From assembly GCA_000091205.1 (NCBI GenBank), contig AP006497.2: a DNA stretch of 64,000 nucleotides; one strand, given 5' to 3'. The position numbers and the translations under genes were made by a program. The notes beneath the pieces were generated by a model. It was given only the letters and a program-made list of their open reading frames with translations, did not search any database and was not told where the DNA came from. Positions 43,664 to 53,408 of this stretch are shown here, piece after piece. Position 1 is the first letter of the stretch. Each line of letters starts with the position of its first letter. Source of the stretch: Cyanidioschyzon merolae. Its lineage: Eukaryota.

Positions 43664-44953
43664 GGTTGAACAATACTGGAAGAAATAGGGATATGCGTCC
43701 AGCGCAGTAAACCGATATTCTCGAAGACTGCCCGCTGTCAATGCTAGAAAACGACCCGTTGATTACCATACGGAATGCAGAAAGCGACGATAGTAGCCGC
43801 CACGAGTATCCCTGTTTCTCAACAGCGTGTTCGTGTAGTCCTCATAACACCAGGATTCAGTCGCAAAAAAGTCCGATTTACGTCACGGCCATCTTCCACC
43901 GAAATCGCAATGACAGCGTGCACGGAACGCCGCGATCGATATGAAGCAAAGGGATGTCGGTTTGTTTCAGTCGATGAAACTTCTTTGGTACGACACCCTA
44001 GGGGCGTCTATTGGTAATATGCGGAGAGGAAGCCCGTTGTTTGTACGATCGAACTCAAAGAGAATGAAGATATCTTTTTTTCTAGCTTCAATGGATTCAT
44101 TCGGTGGCCTCGGTTTTGCTCGTGGTGATGGCTCGTACAAGAGCACAAATCAATTCGGTGAATCATTGAAGAATTTCCCCTGACGTCTGGTGACGTCCAT
44201 CTATTGAAAAATGTGACATTGCACCATTCCCCTTGGGGGCGAGCTTTTGCCGATTCTATCAGGGAAGAGCTGCTTTTCATTGCTCCGTGCTCTACGTGTT
44301 CCAAACTATTCGAAAGAGTGTTTCCTATCGTGAAACGTAATGATCGCTCCACTGGCCGAGTCGCTGAAGCGTTCAGCGCACGGTGACTCCGGGGTGCATT
44401 CGGTTATTCTTGCGCAAGTGCTTCTCCGTCAGAGAAGGCCCTAACCTAAGGGCATGAGGAAGTGCTTTCATTTTCAAAAATAAAAAATCCAAGGGAAAGT
44501 TATGGAAATGGAACTCAAGTATCCTAGAAGCCCGATGTCGCCGGCAGCGTGAAAAATCGAAAAAATTCTTTCCTCGCTGACCATCGAGCGAAGAAGAGCA
44601 AGATATGAGGAGAAAGAAGAGGGAGATATGAGAGAAAAAGTATTTTCCCGACGGGAAAATCGCTAGACTGTAGTGACACCGAGGGCAAGAGTTCGAGGAC
44701 GCCTTCCACTGGTGTGTTCAAGCAGAGGCAAGAAACGCATGGAGTTCGCGACCCGAGACTTCGACGCCGCCATCAATATTAGGAGATGTGCGGTGCTGAA
44801 GAGGAGACCTGAGGAGCTGACGCGAGCGAACTTTGTGGGGCAGCCCCTCAAGCTCGAAGTGGACACGGAGAAGCTGAAACCGATAGCGAGGGTCGGTCAA
44901 AAAATGGCTCGGAGGCGTCTGCGGATGGGTAGATATATTTATCCTCCATGGTT
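43664..44953 (+). mobile_element. Repeat/transposon family A, copy L3 (plus orientation); its 5' region continues into the right arm of the palindrome
   Basis: Module A ORF 43741..43944 (FSTACSCSPHNTRIQS...FHRNRNDSVHGTPRS). DDE-like tail 44204..44386 (ELLFIAPCSTCSKLFERVFPIVKRNDRSTGRVAEAFSAR). TnpB-like tail 44673..44957 (VCSSRGKKRMEFATRDFDAAINIRRCAVLKRRPEELTRANFVGQPLKLEV). 3' terminus ...atcctccatggtt at ~44953. Confidence 0.7.
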
Positions 44954-45892
44954 ATGAAATGCTTATTGTTTCAGTGACCGTTATGTGTACAATGCCGAGA
45001 ATATCATTGTCGGCTCTTTCTGGCAATGCGTTGCAGTTGAGTCAATCATACTGAACAACTACTACCCGTCGTAAAATAATGGAGAGAGCATATCTTTATC
45101 TTACAAGCAGAATCCAATGGATAGAACGAAAAACTCTAGAATAGGTCGAGCAATGCTGCATCTTTCGTTGCTTCCGAGTTGCTGCGAATGAGCTGTTTGT
45201 CGGCTCTTTGCATCACTGCAGATTCTCTGCAGCCGTCACGCCCGTCTGAGCCGAGTATTGACGTAGAGCAGCTATATTATCGACGAACCAGTCAAGGTTT
45301 TCGGTACTGGAAAATATCTTTTGCTACTTCGAGCGATCGGATGCACTCTGTTTGAAGAGCCTCACAGGTGGCTTTCCAGGATTTTCTTCTGAATGGCTCT
45401 CGGTTTCATTGTAGACTGACGCGTGACCGGACTCTAGCTATCCGAACCAATCGACTCTACGTGGGTATTTCAAACTTCAAATCTAAACTCGAAGAAGCTA
45501 AAAACATGCCAAAGAAAAACGTGACACTTGGTCAGGTCAGCTGAGTACCTGATCCCTTTGAGCGCACAGTTTTCTACAAGACCATCTCCAGAACCCAATT
45601 TTGTTGCTCAAAAAAACCCACTTTTTGGTTAAGAAGCTGCGAGCTTGACTGCAGACTGTATCGACGAACTGAGGAACTCTCACTTGTACAGCATGATAGC
45701 GCACAGCTTTCGATGCGCAGCGCTTTGAGCAGCCTAGAGCCGAGTGGATAGCCAGAAGCATGATGATTGCACGTTGCATCGCGCAATGATATTGGTAAAA
45801 TATTTGCTCTGTCTTTGTTCGTATAGTTTTGTTGTGGTCTAGTTTGTTTAATTCACCTGTATAAGAAAGCGTACGGATAGTTTCCGCAGTGG

Positions 45893-48148
45893 ATGGAAGC
45901 ATACCTCTCAGCACCTTCACGACCGAGTGTGACGCTTTCTGAATTCTCTGGTCGCCGGGTTTGCCAGACGAAACGGAACGATTCTCTTCTGGGCGCTCGG
46001 GGGAGGTTTGCACCGGGCACGTGGGAGCGCGTAGTGCTCGGGCGTCGCGGTGGTTCCCGTACAGTCAGTCGTTTGCCTCAAGTGCGTGCAACAGCTACTG
46101 CTGGGGTATCGCTAGTGAAGCCAAAGCAGACGGGGAACGCGTTCGCTGACCTCTGCATCAACAGCATTCGTTTCCTGGCTGTCGACGCCGTAGAGAAGGC
46201 GAACTCTGGACACCCTGGAGCGCCCATGGGTCAGGCCCCGCTCGCGTTTACTCTTTGGGACAAGTATCTGCGCTTTAACCCCAAGAATCCGAACTGGGTC
46301 AATCGCGATCGTTTTGTGCTAAGCTGTGGTCATGGGTCTATGCTTCAGTATGCTCTGCTTTACCTTTATGGATACGATCAACCAACAATGGACGATATCA
46401 AAACTTTCTGTGAATTTGGTTCTTGCGCTACGAGTCACCCCGAGAACTTTCTTCTTCCTGGCGTTGAAGTGACCACAGGGCCTCTGGGCTCTGGCGTGGC
46501 ACAGGCTGTTGGTCTCGCTATCGCCGAAGCGCACCTCGGAGCAATGTTCAACACCCCAGAGGAGAAGCTGATTGACCATTACACCTACTTCATTATGAGT
46601 GATGGATGCATGCAAGAAGGAGTAGCTGCAGAGGCCGCATCTTTGGCAGGCCATTTGGGACTGGGGAAACTAATCGGGTTTTTCGATGATAACAAGATAA
46701 CTTACGATGGACCAACAGACCTTGCGTTTAGTGAGGATGTCGTATCTAGATTCAAATCGTATAACTGGCAGGTAATTAGCATTGCAGATGGAAACACAGA
46801 CATCGACAACATCTCGAAAGCAATCGAGGAGGCGCAAAAAGATCTGACACGACCATCACTAATCATAGTTCCGACAACAATTGGTTTTGGCTCACCAAAA
46901 CACGCGAACAAAAGGACAGCACATGGAGAACCTTTCGGATCTGACGAAGTCAAGGCAACGCGGGAGAATCTTGGATGGAAATATGCTCCTTTCGAGGTCC
47001 CAGAGGAGGTGCTGAAACATTGTCGCCGCAAGATCCAAGAGGGGGCACGTCTTGAACAGGAATGGAATGAGCTCTTGCAGCGGTACAAGAGTAAGCACCC
47101 AGAACAGGCTGCACTATTCGAGCGGATGGTGATTCGCAAGGAGAAGAGCCCTGGTTGGGAAAAGGCCCTCAAGGATTGTGCGGCAAAGACAGGCTCCATG
47201 GCTACGAGGCAAGTCTCCGGCGCAATGCTCAATGCGCTCGCTGCGGTGATGCCGGAGATCATCGGGGGATCTGCAGACCTGGCCCCTTCGAACAACACGC
47301 TCCTGAAGGGCTTTGGCGATTTCTCTCGTAACAACTACAAAGCCAAGAATATGCGCTTCGGTGTCCGCGAGGCAGCGATGACTGCGATCACCGCGGGCAT
47401 CAAGCTCCACAACACTGGACTGTTTCCCTACTGCGCGACTTTTCTGATATTCACCGATTACGCCCGGGGCATGCTCCGCCTTGCTGCCCTCTCCGAGGCG
47501 GGAATCACGTTCATTACAACGCACGACTCCGTCGCCTTAGGCGAGGATGGCCCCACGCACCAGCCCATCGAGCATCTGGCTAGCCTGCGAGCTATGCCGA
47601 ATGTGTACACGTTCCGTCCGTGCGATGCGAACGAGTGCGCAGCTGGCTATGCGCTCTCGATCCGGCATGATGACAAAGTCGTTCTGTTGGCGCTCACGCG
47701 ACAGAAGACGAACAAGCTCGAGACATCCTCATACGATGGTGCCCTGCGCGGAGCGTACGTGGTTTCGGATAATAGCCCTGCGGGCAAGCACCCGGATGTG
47801 ATCCTTATCGGAACAGGCTCCGAGGTGGACGTCGTCGTGGAGGCCGCCGATCAACTACGAACTAGCGATGCTTTGAATGTGCGCGTGGTGTCGATGCCCT
47901 GCATGGAGCTCTTTGAGGACCAGGATGCAGCTTATCAAGAGTCTGTGCTTCCTGCTGCCGTGCCTCGCAGCCGGAGGGTCGTATGTGAGGCTGCCTCAAG
48001 CTTCGGCTGGTCGAAGTATGCGGATCACTTTGTGTGCATCGATCGCTTCGGAGCGTCCGGCAAAGGGCCTGACCTGATGAAGTACTTTGGGATCACGCCG
48101 TCGAACGTAGCGAAGAAGGCGCGAGAGGCTGCAGGAAAAGGCGTTTGA
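45893..48148 (+). CDS. Transketolase, copy 1 (with ~75-aa N-terminal presequence); central block diverged, including Tyr in place of the conserved His of the LLHL motif
   Basis: 751 aa with standard TK blocks ([82 protein letters not shown]). Ends are nucleotide-identical to copy 2, but 46325-46943 differs: SCGHGSMLQYALLYL, SHPE, MSDGCMQEG, YDGPT. Confidence 0.95.
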   Translation: MEAYLSAPSRPSVTLSEFSGRRVCQTKRNDSLLGARGRFAPGTWERVVLGRRGGSRTVSRLPQVRATATAGVSLVKPKQTGNAFADLCINSIRFLAVDAVEKANSGHPGAPMGQAPLAFTLWDKYLRFNPKNPNWVNRDRFVLSCGHGSMLQYALLYLYGYDQPTMDDIKTFCEFGSCATSHPENFLLPGVEVTTGPLGSGVAQAVGLAIAEAHLGAMFNTPEEKLIDHYTYFIMSDGCMQEGVAAEAASLAGHLGLGKLIGFFDDNKITYDGPTDLAFSEDVVSRFKSYNWQVISIADGNTDIDNISKAIEEAQKDLTRPSLIIVPTTIGFGSPKHANKRTAHGEPFGSDEVKATRENLGWKYAPFEVPEEVLKHCRRKIQEGARLEQEWNELLQRYKSKHPEQAALFERMVIRKEKSPGWEKALKDCAAKTGSMATRQVSGAMLNALAAVMPEIIGGSADLAPSNNTLLKGFGDFSRNNYKAKNMRFGVREAAMTAITAGIKLHNTGLFPYCATFLIFTDYARGMLRLAALSEAGITFITTHDSVALGEDGPTHQPIEHLASLRAMPNVYTFRPCDANECAAGYALSIRHDDKVVLLALTRQKTNKLETSSYDGALRGAYVVSDNSPAGKHPDVILIGTGSEVDVVVEAADQLRTSDALNVRVVSMPCMELFEDQDAAYQESVLPAAVPRSRRVVCEAASSFGWSKYADHFVCIDRFGASGKGPDLMKYFGITPSNVAKKAREAAGKGV

Positions 48149-48447
48149 GGACGCCGCGGAAGCAGCGGTTCTGTGCCGGGCAAAGATTTTCAAGCGGCGT
48201 TTGCTGCGGCAACGCTCTGCGGAATGGGAACGCTTTGGAAGAGAGTATTCTTGCAGGGTCTAAACACGGCTGTAGTATCCCGCGTGATCACGTTGGGCCT
48301 CATCGTTCTCGTTCGCAAATGCGTTCCGTAGAACGTGCTGTTCTCTAGGGTAACAACGGCTGGGTACGCGGCAGCTGCATCGCCTCTGGGCTGGAGCGGG
48401 TCCTGCGGTTTTGAACCGTTGTCCACCTCGAAGGTTTTCTCCCGCCG

Positions 48448-48963
48448 ATGGCGTCCGGGTTGGAGCACCTCCAACGGGCGCTCTGGAGACGGGGCCTTCC
48501 GTGCTTCAGCCTTGACTGGCTCACGCAAGCACACGAACGTTACCCAGACGTTGAAGAACTCGTAACGTTTGCTCTGGAAACAGTCGACTTTGAGGACCGG
48601 CGCGTCGTCGAGAGAGGCAGCCTTCCTGCGGAGGCACAGCCAGCGCTGCTCTCCAAGGAAGACGGCGTGGTCGTTCCCATACGCGGGGAGCTTCTCGTTT
48701 TTCAGGTGCTGGACGTTGCGGACGTCAGCGCCGCTGAGGAAAAAGCGGATCTTCCAAGCGGGCCCGAGCGCACTCTGAAGCTTCTGCTGACGGACGGTCG
48801 CCTCGAGTTGGCCGCTATCGAGGACGCTCCGATACCGGACCTCGGAACGAGTCTCCCTCGTTGCACGAAAGTCTGTGTGCGGAAACCTATGCTGCTGCAC
48901 GGGTTGCTGGTGCTGCGTCCCGAGAACACGTCCGTAGTGAGGCCTCGGCCGAGCTGCATATAG
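48448..48963 (+). CDS. RMI1-like OB-fold protein (RecQ-mediated genome instability protein 1 N-terminal domain-like), copy 1
   Basis: 171 aa. TLKLLLTDGRLELAAIEDAPIPDLGTSLPRCTKVCVRKPMLLHGLLVLRPENTSVV aligns with the RMI1 N-terminal OB fold (human [59 protein letters not shown]). The 400-aa Arg-rich minus ORF 48190..49392 is its antisense artefact. Confidence 0.6.
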   Translation: MASGLEHLQRALWRRGLPCFSLDWLTQAHERYPDVEELVTFALETVDFEDRRVVERGSLPAEAQPALLSKEDGVVVPIRGELLVFQVLDVADVSAAEEKADLPSGPERTLKLLLTDGRLELAAIEDAPIPDLGTSLPRCTKVCVRKPMLLHGLLVLRPENTSVVRPRPSCI

Positions 48964-49640
48964 AAGGAGTGGCTGCGGCTGCCGCTTGGGCGTATCGCAA
49001 ACGAGTTCTTGGTGATGCATCGGGCGAGCAGCTGCCGCGTCCAGCTCGAGTGTCGGACCGAATATCGCCTGTTTGATGATGTATCTGCGTGGAGCTTTCG
49101 AGATGGATACGCTTGTACGAAAAATGATCGTAGGTGTGGCATGCCTGCATGCTCGAGACACCGGCAGGATGCGTTCTACGACTGTGCCTCGGAGGCTCGT
49201 GCAGAACGCTGCCGAGACGTGCACACTGGCGCTGTGGCGCTTTCGGGCTACGGAAGTCTGGAAAGAGCGTTCTCCAAGCTTTGCACAACGCCTATGCCGG
49301 TACCTGCAAGACCACGCTGTGTCGTGAGGCACCCCTGGTTCCCATGGGTCATGCTTCAGAGCGCGAGTGAAGCGCCGCGGATGCTGCTCCATAGCAGAAT
49401 AGGTGCGGTGCTAGATCGAACTAGCGGCCTGATCTAATATGCACGCTGGTGCGTGAAAGTCTTCCATGCACATTTTGGGATATGGAATCGAGTGCGTAGC
49501 AGAAGATTGCGCAAGACTGTTTCGATGCATGCGAGTGCGCACGCTGTGACGCAGCAGGGGATTTGCGAGCCTCGGCTGGCAGGGCCCCCAGCCGGCGTCC
49601 ACGAGGGAATAGCTGAGCTGTCCCGTCTGTGTGTGGCGTT

Positions 49641-49646
49641 CGCAGT

Positions 49647-49685
<39 letters not shown>

Positions 49686-49695
49686 GCGCTCGACT
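49641..49695. repeat. Microsatellite (CAG/CAA)n; length variant of the one in duplicate copy (63941-63990)
   Basis: gcagtagcagcaacagcaacagcaacagcaacagcaacagcagcg; copy 2 has an extra gta-gca unit. It generates the poly-Leu/poly-Cys artefact ORFs on the minus strand. Confidence 0.9.
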
Positions 49696-50714
49696 CCAGA
49701 GCAAGCGCTCACTGAAGAAACGCCACCGGGTAGGGCATCTATGCAGCGAACCATAATCCTCAGAGCGAAGTCTGGAGACTGGTGTGTGGAACACGGTGGA
49801 TCTGGTGCGGAATGATATCTGCTTCCGTAAATGCCGATTGGAATCGAGACATTTAGGGATCCCCTATAAGATTCAAGGATCCTGCGCTACTGAAGAACAA
49901 CTTGCGGGGACTCACCGAGGATCCATCGTCGTGTCCGAACGATCGCGGCGAAGGATGCAAACGCATGATCTCCCCAGTCACGCATAATGCCACGGACGGA
50001 AGGTGCATAAGATATTTCGATTCCAGTTCTATTCGTGCACGCATGAGCTCCCTAGTCACGCATAATGCCACGGAGTAAAAGTACACAACGTATCTAGATT
50101 CCGGTTTACTTCTTGCGCTTCTTGTTCATACTGTTGCAAGGCGAAATCGTCGGTGTTCGCAGTTATTCACGGGTATAACGCCGAAATTTGCGATACCCTG
50201 ACGCTTACCGGTGGGCGGGAGCCCTCCTGTGGACACACTCGGCGATACTCGGTGCATGGGCTGTAGATCACAGGCGGACGATCGTTAAAGGTCGCTGTGA
50301 TTTTAGTGTTGCCCATACCTCTACGCGTGGAAGTCATCCCCAGAGGGCGGCTCTCGAGCGCGCTGCCCTCGGTGACTCGGAGCGGCGCATGGTCTCCGCA
50401 CTGGTAGCGATGATGCAGGAGCATCACTCGAGCGCAACCTGTGTACGCCCCTCTCGGGCACCAGTCTGCGTAAATCTACCAGAAAAATATTCGATCGTCT
50501 CTGCCGTAGGTGTCTTGCTCGACAGTGCGGTCAGCGCGGTGCATTGGATGCGCGGAGCTGCCCCTGGGATGGTCCGCTTGGTTTCGGGTTGTGCGCGGGT
50601 CTTCCAGTGACCCCTCGCGTCCACAGAAGCATCAGGCCGGTGTCACGTAGAGCGCTCCAGTTGCTGCGAGCCTGTGGATCCTGCACTAGCCGAGCACCGA
50701 CTGGGCGCTCAAGG

Positions 50715-53036
50715 TTACAGCGGGGATCGTCCAGTGTCTGTATCACGGTGGTAGTCGAAGGGCTCATTGAAAACGCATCCAACTTGACCCCGTAGATATC
50801 TCTCCATGAGATCCCTGGTTGAAGCGTTGAACTCTTCCGAAATGGGGCGGCCGAAGTAGCGGCTTTCGTTCAGCTGCTTTCGGACACGCTTTGCGAGCAC
50901 CTTTCCGAGTTCGACGCCCCACTGGTCGAATGAATTGATGTCCCAGATGAAACCCTGGACTGCCGTGCGATGCTCATAGAGCGCGAGCAACTGGCCAGTG
51001 GCGTACGGATCCAGCCTCTGCAGCAGCAGCGTCAGACTCGGCCTGTTGCCAGTCGTCACGAGATGCGGAATCAGCCATTCGGGGCGGCCCTCTGCACGAC
51101 ACTCCGCCGCTGTTTTGCCGTACGCCAGAGCATCTGGCTGGGCGAAAAAGTTCGCCATGAGCTCGTCTGCATTGCTGACCGGCTCACCCTCGATGCACAG
51201 CGGGTACTGGGACTCGATGAAGCCAATAAAATCGCAGGGTACCGTCTGCCCCATATGCAGCAGCTGGAAAAACGAGTGCTGGCCGTTGGTGCCGGGCTCT
51301 CCAAAGTCGATCTCACCGACCGCGTAGTCGACGTCGTCGCCGCGCAGCGTCACGTGCTTACCGTTGCTCTCCATGTCAACCTGCTGGATATGAGCGGGGA
51401 ACTTGAGAAGCGCCTCTGCGTAAGGATGCAGCGCCCGGCTCTTGTAGCCGAGAAAAGACAGGTTCCAGACGCCGAGAAGCCCCATGATCACCGGCAAGTT
51501 CCCCGCCAGCGGACTAGCAACGTCGTAAAAGTTCGCATCAACAGAGCGCGCGCCCTCTAGAAATCGCAGGAACGTGGGGAAGCCGTACTGAATCGAGAGC
51601 GGCAGCGCTCCGACCGCAGAGCACACGGAATACCTACCCCCGACCCAGTCCCAAAACTCAAAAGTGTTCCGCGGGTCGATCCCGAACTTCTCCACCATCG
51701 GCACGTTGCTGCTGCAGGCAACCATGTGGAGCCGCACGACCTCATCCGAGCGCCCCATTTCGGACCAGAGCCATTCGCGCATCGCCCGTGCATTCAGAAG
51801 CGTCTCCGCGGTTGTGAACGACTTGCTCACGATCACTATCAGCGTCTCCTCCGCCGACAGATCCTGCGTGCAGCGCTTGATATCCACAGGATCCACGTTG
51901 CTGAGAAAATGAAGGTGCCGCCCCCGCGCCGCCTCAAACGCCTCCGGATCCGTCCGAAACGCCTCGTGCACAAAGTCTGGCCCCAGATACGAGCCGCCAA
52001 TCCCCACAGCGATGACGCTGCGAAGCGGCTTCCCCGTGGCGCCGCGATGCTCCCCGCTGCGCACCCGCTCGCTGAACTCACGCACGTGATCGAGCACCCG
52101 CCACACGTCACGAACAACGTCCGTACCGTCGACAACAAGGCTTGCGTTCCGCTCCGCGCGAAGCGCCGTATGCAGCACGGCGCGCCGCTCGGTCACGTTT
52201 ATGTGCGCGCCGGACTGCATCGCGCGGATCTTATCCACCAAACGCGCACGACGCGCTAGCGCGAAAAGTAGCTCAATCGTATCCTTCGTCACCCGCTGCC
52301 GCGAGTAGTCGAGGTAGATCCCGTCATACTCAGCGCGCAGAGAACGCACGCGATCGACGTCCTGCATCAGCTCCCGCAGGTGCAAACGATCGATCTCAGA
52401 TGCATGCTCCACCAGCCGTCTCCACTCGGCAGTCTCCGAGATGAGGACGTAGTCGGTCGGCACCGGCAGTGGTGGCGGCGTTTCCGAAGGAAGCCGCCTC
52501 CCAACGGTGTAGCTCCCGCGAACGTCCCCCGCTGTGCAACGCGGAAACGCACGTCTCCGCAAAAGCCCAGCAGACCCGTGGTGCGGGTACAGCGCCCTGG
52601 ATCGGCGCGATCCAGCTACCCCACCCCGAAGCGGCCACCCAGGCACGACAAAGGCGCTCATCAGGCGAACACTCTCCCAGCAAGCAAAGACCAGGTGCAC
52701 ACTATTGCGCACTGCACCGCGCAGCGAGCTTTCAACTGGCGTCCGCTTCTTGGGCGATTCGCCTCCGGCACGCGCGGCAGGCGGGTGCAGCTGCGAGGGC
52801 GCGGCCAACGGATCAGCGACTCGTTGATAGACTTTCACCTGAATTGCGTTCCATACGCAGGTGCGTGCCATCAACTGCTCTTTCGCCGCTGATGAGAGAC
52901 GCGTTCCGCGTGCGTGCCTTAGCAGAAATAAAAAATCTAGGGGAAGGTATGGGCATGGAAGTCGGAGATCAAAGGCGGTCGCCATGGCCGGCTTCTTGAG
53001 GGAAAGGACGAAAGAAATCCTGGTCTCGCCGACCAT
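50715..53036 (-). CDS. PGI: Glucose-6-phosphate isomerase (PGI); ORF has a ~190-aa N-terminal extension, and the real start is probably an internal Met (<=52870) because the extreme 5' end overlaps TE copy L4
   Basis: Mature part has canonical PGI blocks: [55 protein letters not shown], and the isomerase signature ...[10 protein letters not shown]. Confidence 0.9.
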   Translation of the reverse strand: MVGETRISFVLSLKKPAMATAFDLRLPCPYLPLDFLFLLRHARGTRLSSAAKEQLMARTCVWNAIQVKVYQRVADPLAAPSQLHPPAARAGGESPKKRTPVESSLRGAVRNSVHLVFACWESVRLMSAFVVPGWPLRGGVAGSRRSRALYPHHGSAGLLRRRAFPRCTAGDVRGSYTVGRRLPSETPPPLPVPTDYVLISETAEWRRLVEHASEIDRLHLRELMQDVDRVRSLRAEYDGIYLDYSRQRVTKDTIELLFALARRARLVDKIRAMQSGAHINVTERRAVLHTALRAERNASLVVDGTDVVRDVWRVLDHVREFSERVRSGEHRGATGKPLRSVIAVGIGGSYLGPDFVHEAFRTDPEAFEAARGRHLHFLSNVDPVDIKRCTQDLSAEETLIVIVSKSFTTAETLLNARAMREWLWSEMGRSDEVVRLHMVACSSNVPMVEKFGIDPRNTFEFWDWVGGRYSVCSAVGALPLSIQYGFPTFLRFLEGARSVDANFYDVASPLAGNLPVIMGLLGVWNLSFLGYKSRALHPYAEALLKFPAHIQQVDMESNGKHVTLRGDDVDYAVGEIDFGEPGTNGQHSFFQLLHMGQTVPCDFIGFIESQYPLCIEGEPVSNADELMANFFAQPDALAYGKTAAECRAEGRPEWLIPHLVTTGNRPSLTLLLQRLDPYATGQLLALYEHRTAVQGFIWDINSFDQWGVELGKVLAKRVRKQLNESRYFGRPISEEFNASTRDLMERYLRGQVGCVFNEPFDYHRDTDTGRSPL

Positions 53037-53408
53037 GGAGCGAAGAAGCGCAAGTGACGAAGAAGAAGAGAGGCACAGGGGCGGCAGGCGAGAAGAGGGG
53101 TTCGCCCGATGAGACTGCGACGAGACTGTACTGGGAGAGGGGGCACGAGATCGAGGAACTCTCGCAATATCGAGTTCATGCAGAGGAAATATAGAGATGG
53201 AGTTCGTGACCTGGGACCTCTATGCCGCCATCAATATCAGGGAATGTGCGGTTCTGGAGACGAGGCCCGCAGAGCCGACGCGATCCAGCATTGTGGGGCA
53301 GCCCCTGAGGCTTGAAGTGCACAAGGCGAAGCTGCAGCCGATGGCAGGGGCTGGTCAGGAACTGCTGGGAGGCGTCTGGGACTGGATATATATTTACCTA
53401 CCATGGTT
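52880..53408 (+). mobile_element. Repeat/transposon family A, copy L4 (5'-truncated; retains the A-rich internal segment and the TnpB-like tail)
   Basis: agcagaaataaaaaatctaggggaaggtatgggcatggaag...ccatggagcgaagaagcgcaag aligns with L3 ttttcaaaaataaaaaatccaagggaaagttatggaaatggaac...ccatcgagcgaagaagagcaag. TnpB-like tail [41 protein letters not shown]. 3' end ...tacctaccatggttg at ~53408. Confidence 0.65.

Larger units (their letters stand above)
45899..49700 (+). repeat. Segmental (tandem) duplication unit 1; duplicate at 60199-64000+ (offset 14300 bp), containing transketolase + RMI1-like gene + (CAG/CAA)n
   Basis: Identical ORF series at constant offset 14300 (45893/60193, 48190/62490, 48448/62748, 49009/63309 ...). 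Nucleotide identity begins at gcatacctctcagc (45899/60199). Copy 2 runs off the window end, so the true unit length is unknown. Confidence 0.9.

Noticed and set aside
48190-49392. 400-aa minus-strand ORF (and its duplicate 62490..63692)
   Set aside because: Arg/Pro/Ala-rich and compositionally biased with no recognisable domain. It lies opposite a plus-strand ORF with clear RMI1 OB-fold similarity. It is the typical antisense open frame of GC-rich coding DNA.
49421-49754. Poly-Leu / poly-Cys / poly-Ala ORFs
   Set aside because: They are translations of the (CAG/CAA)n microsatellite in three frames; not coding.
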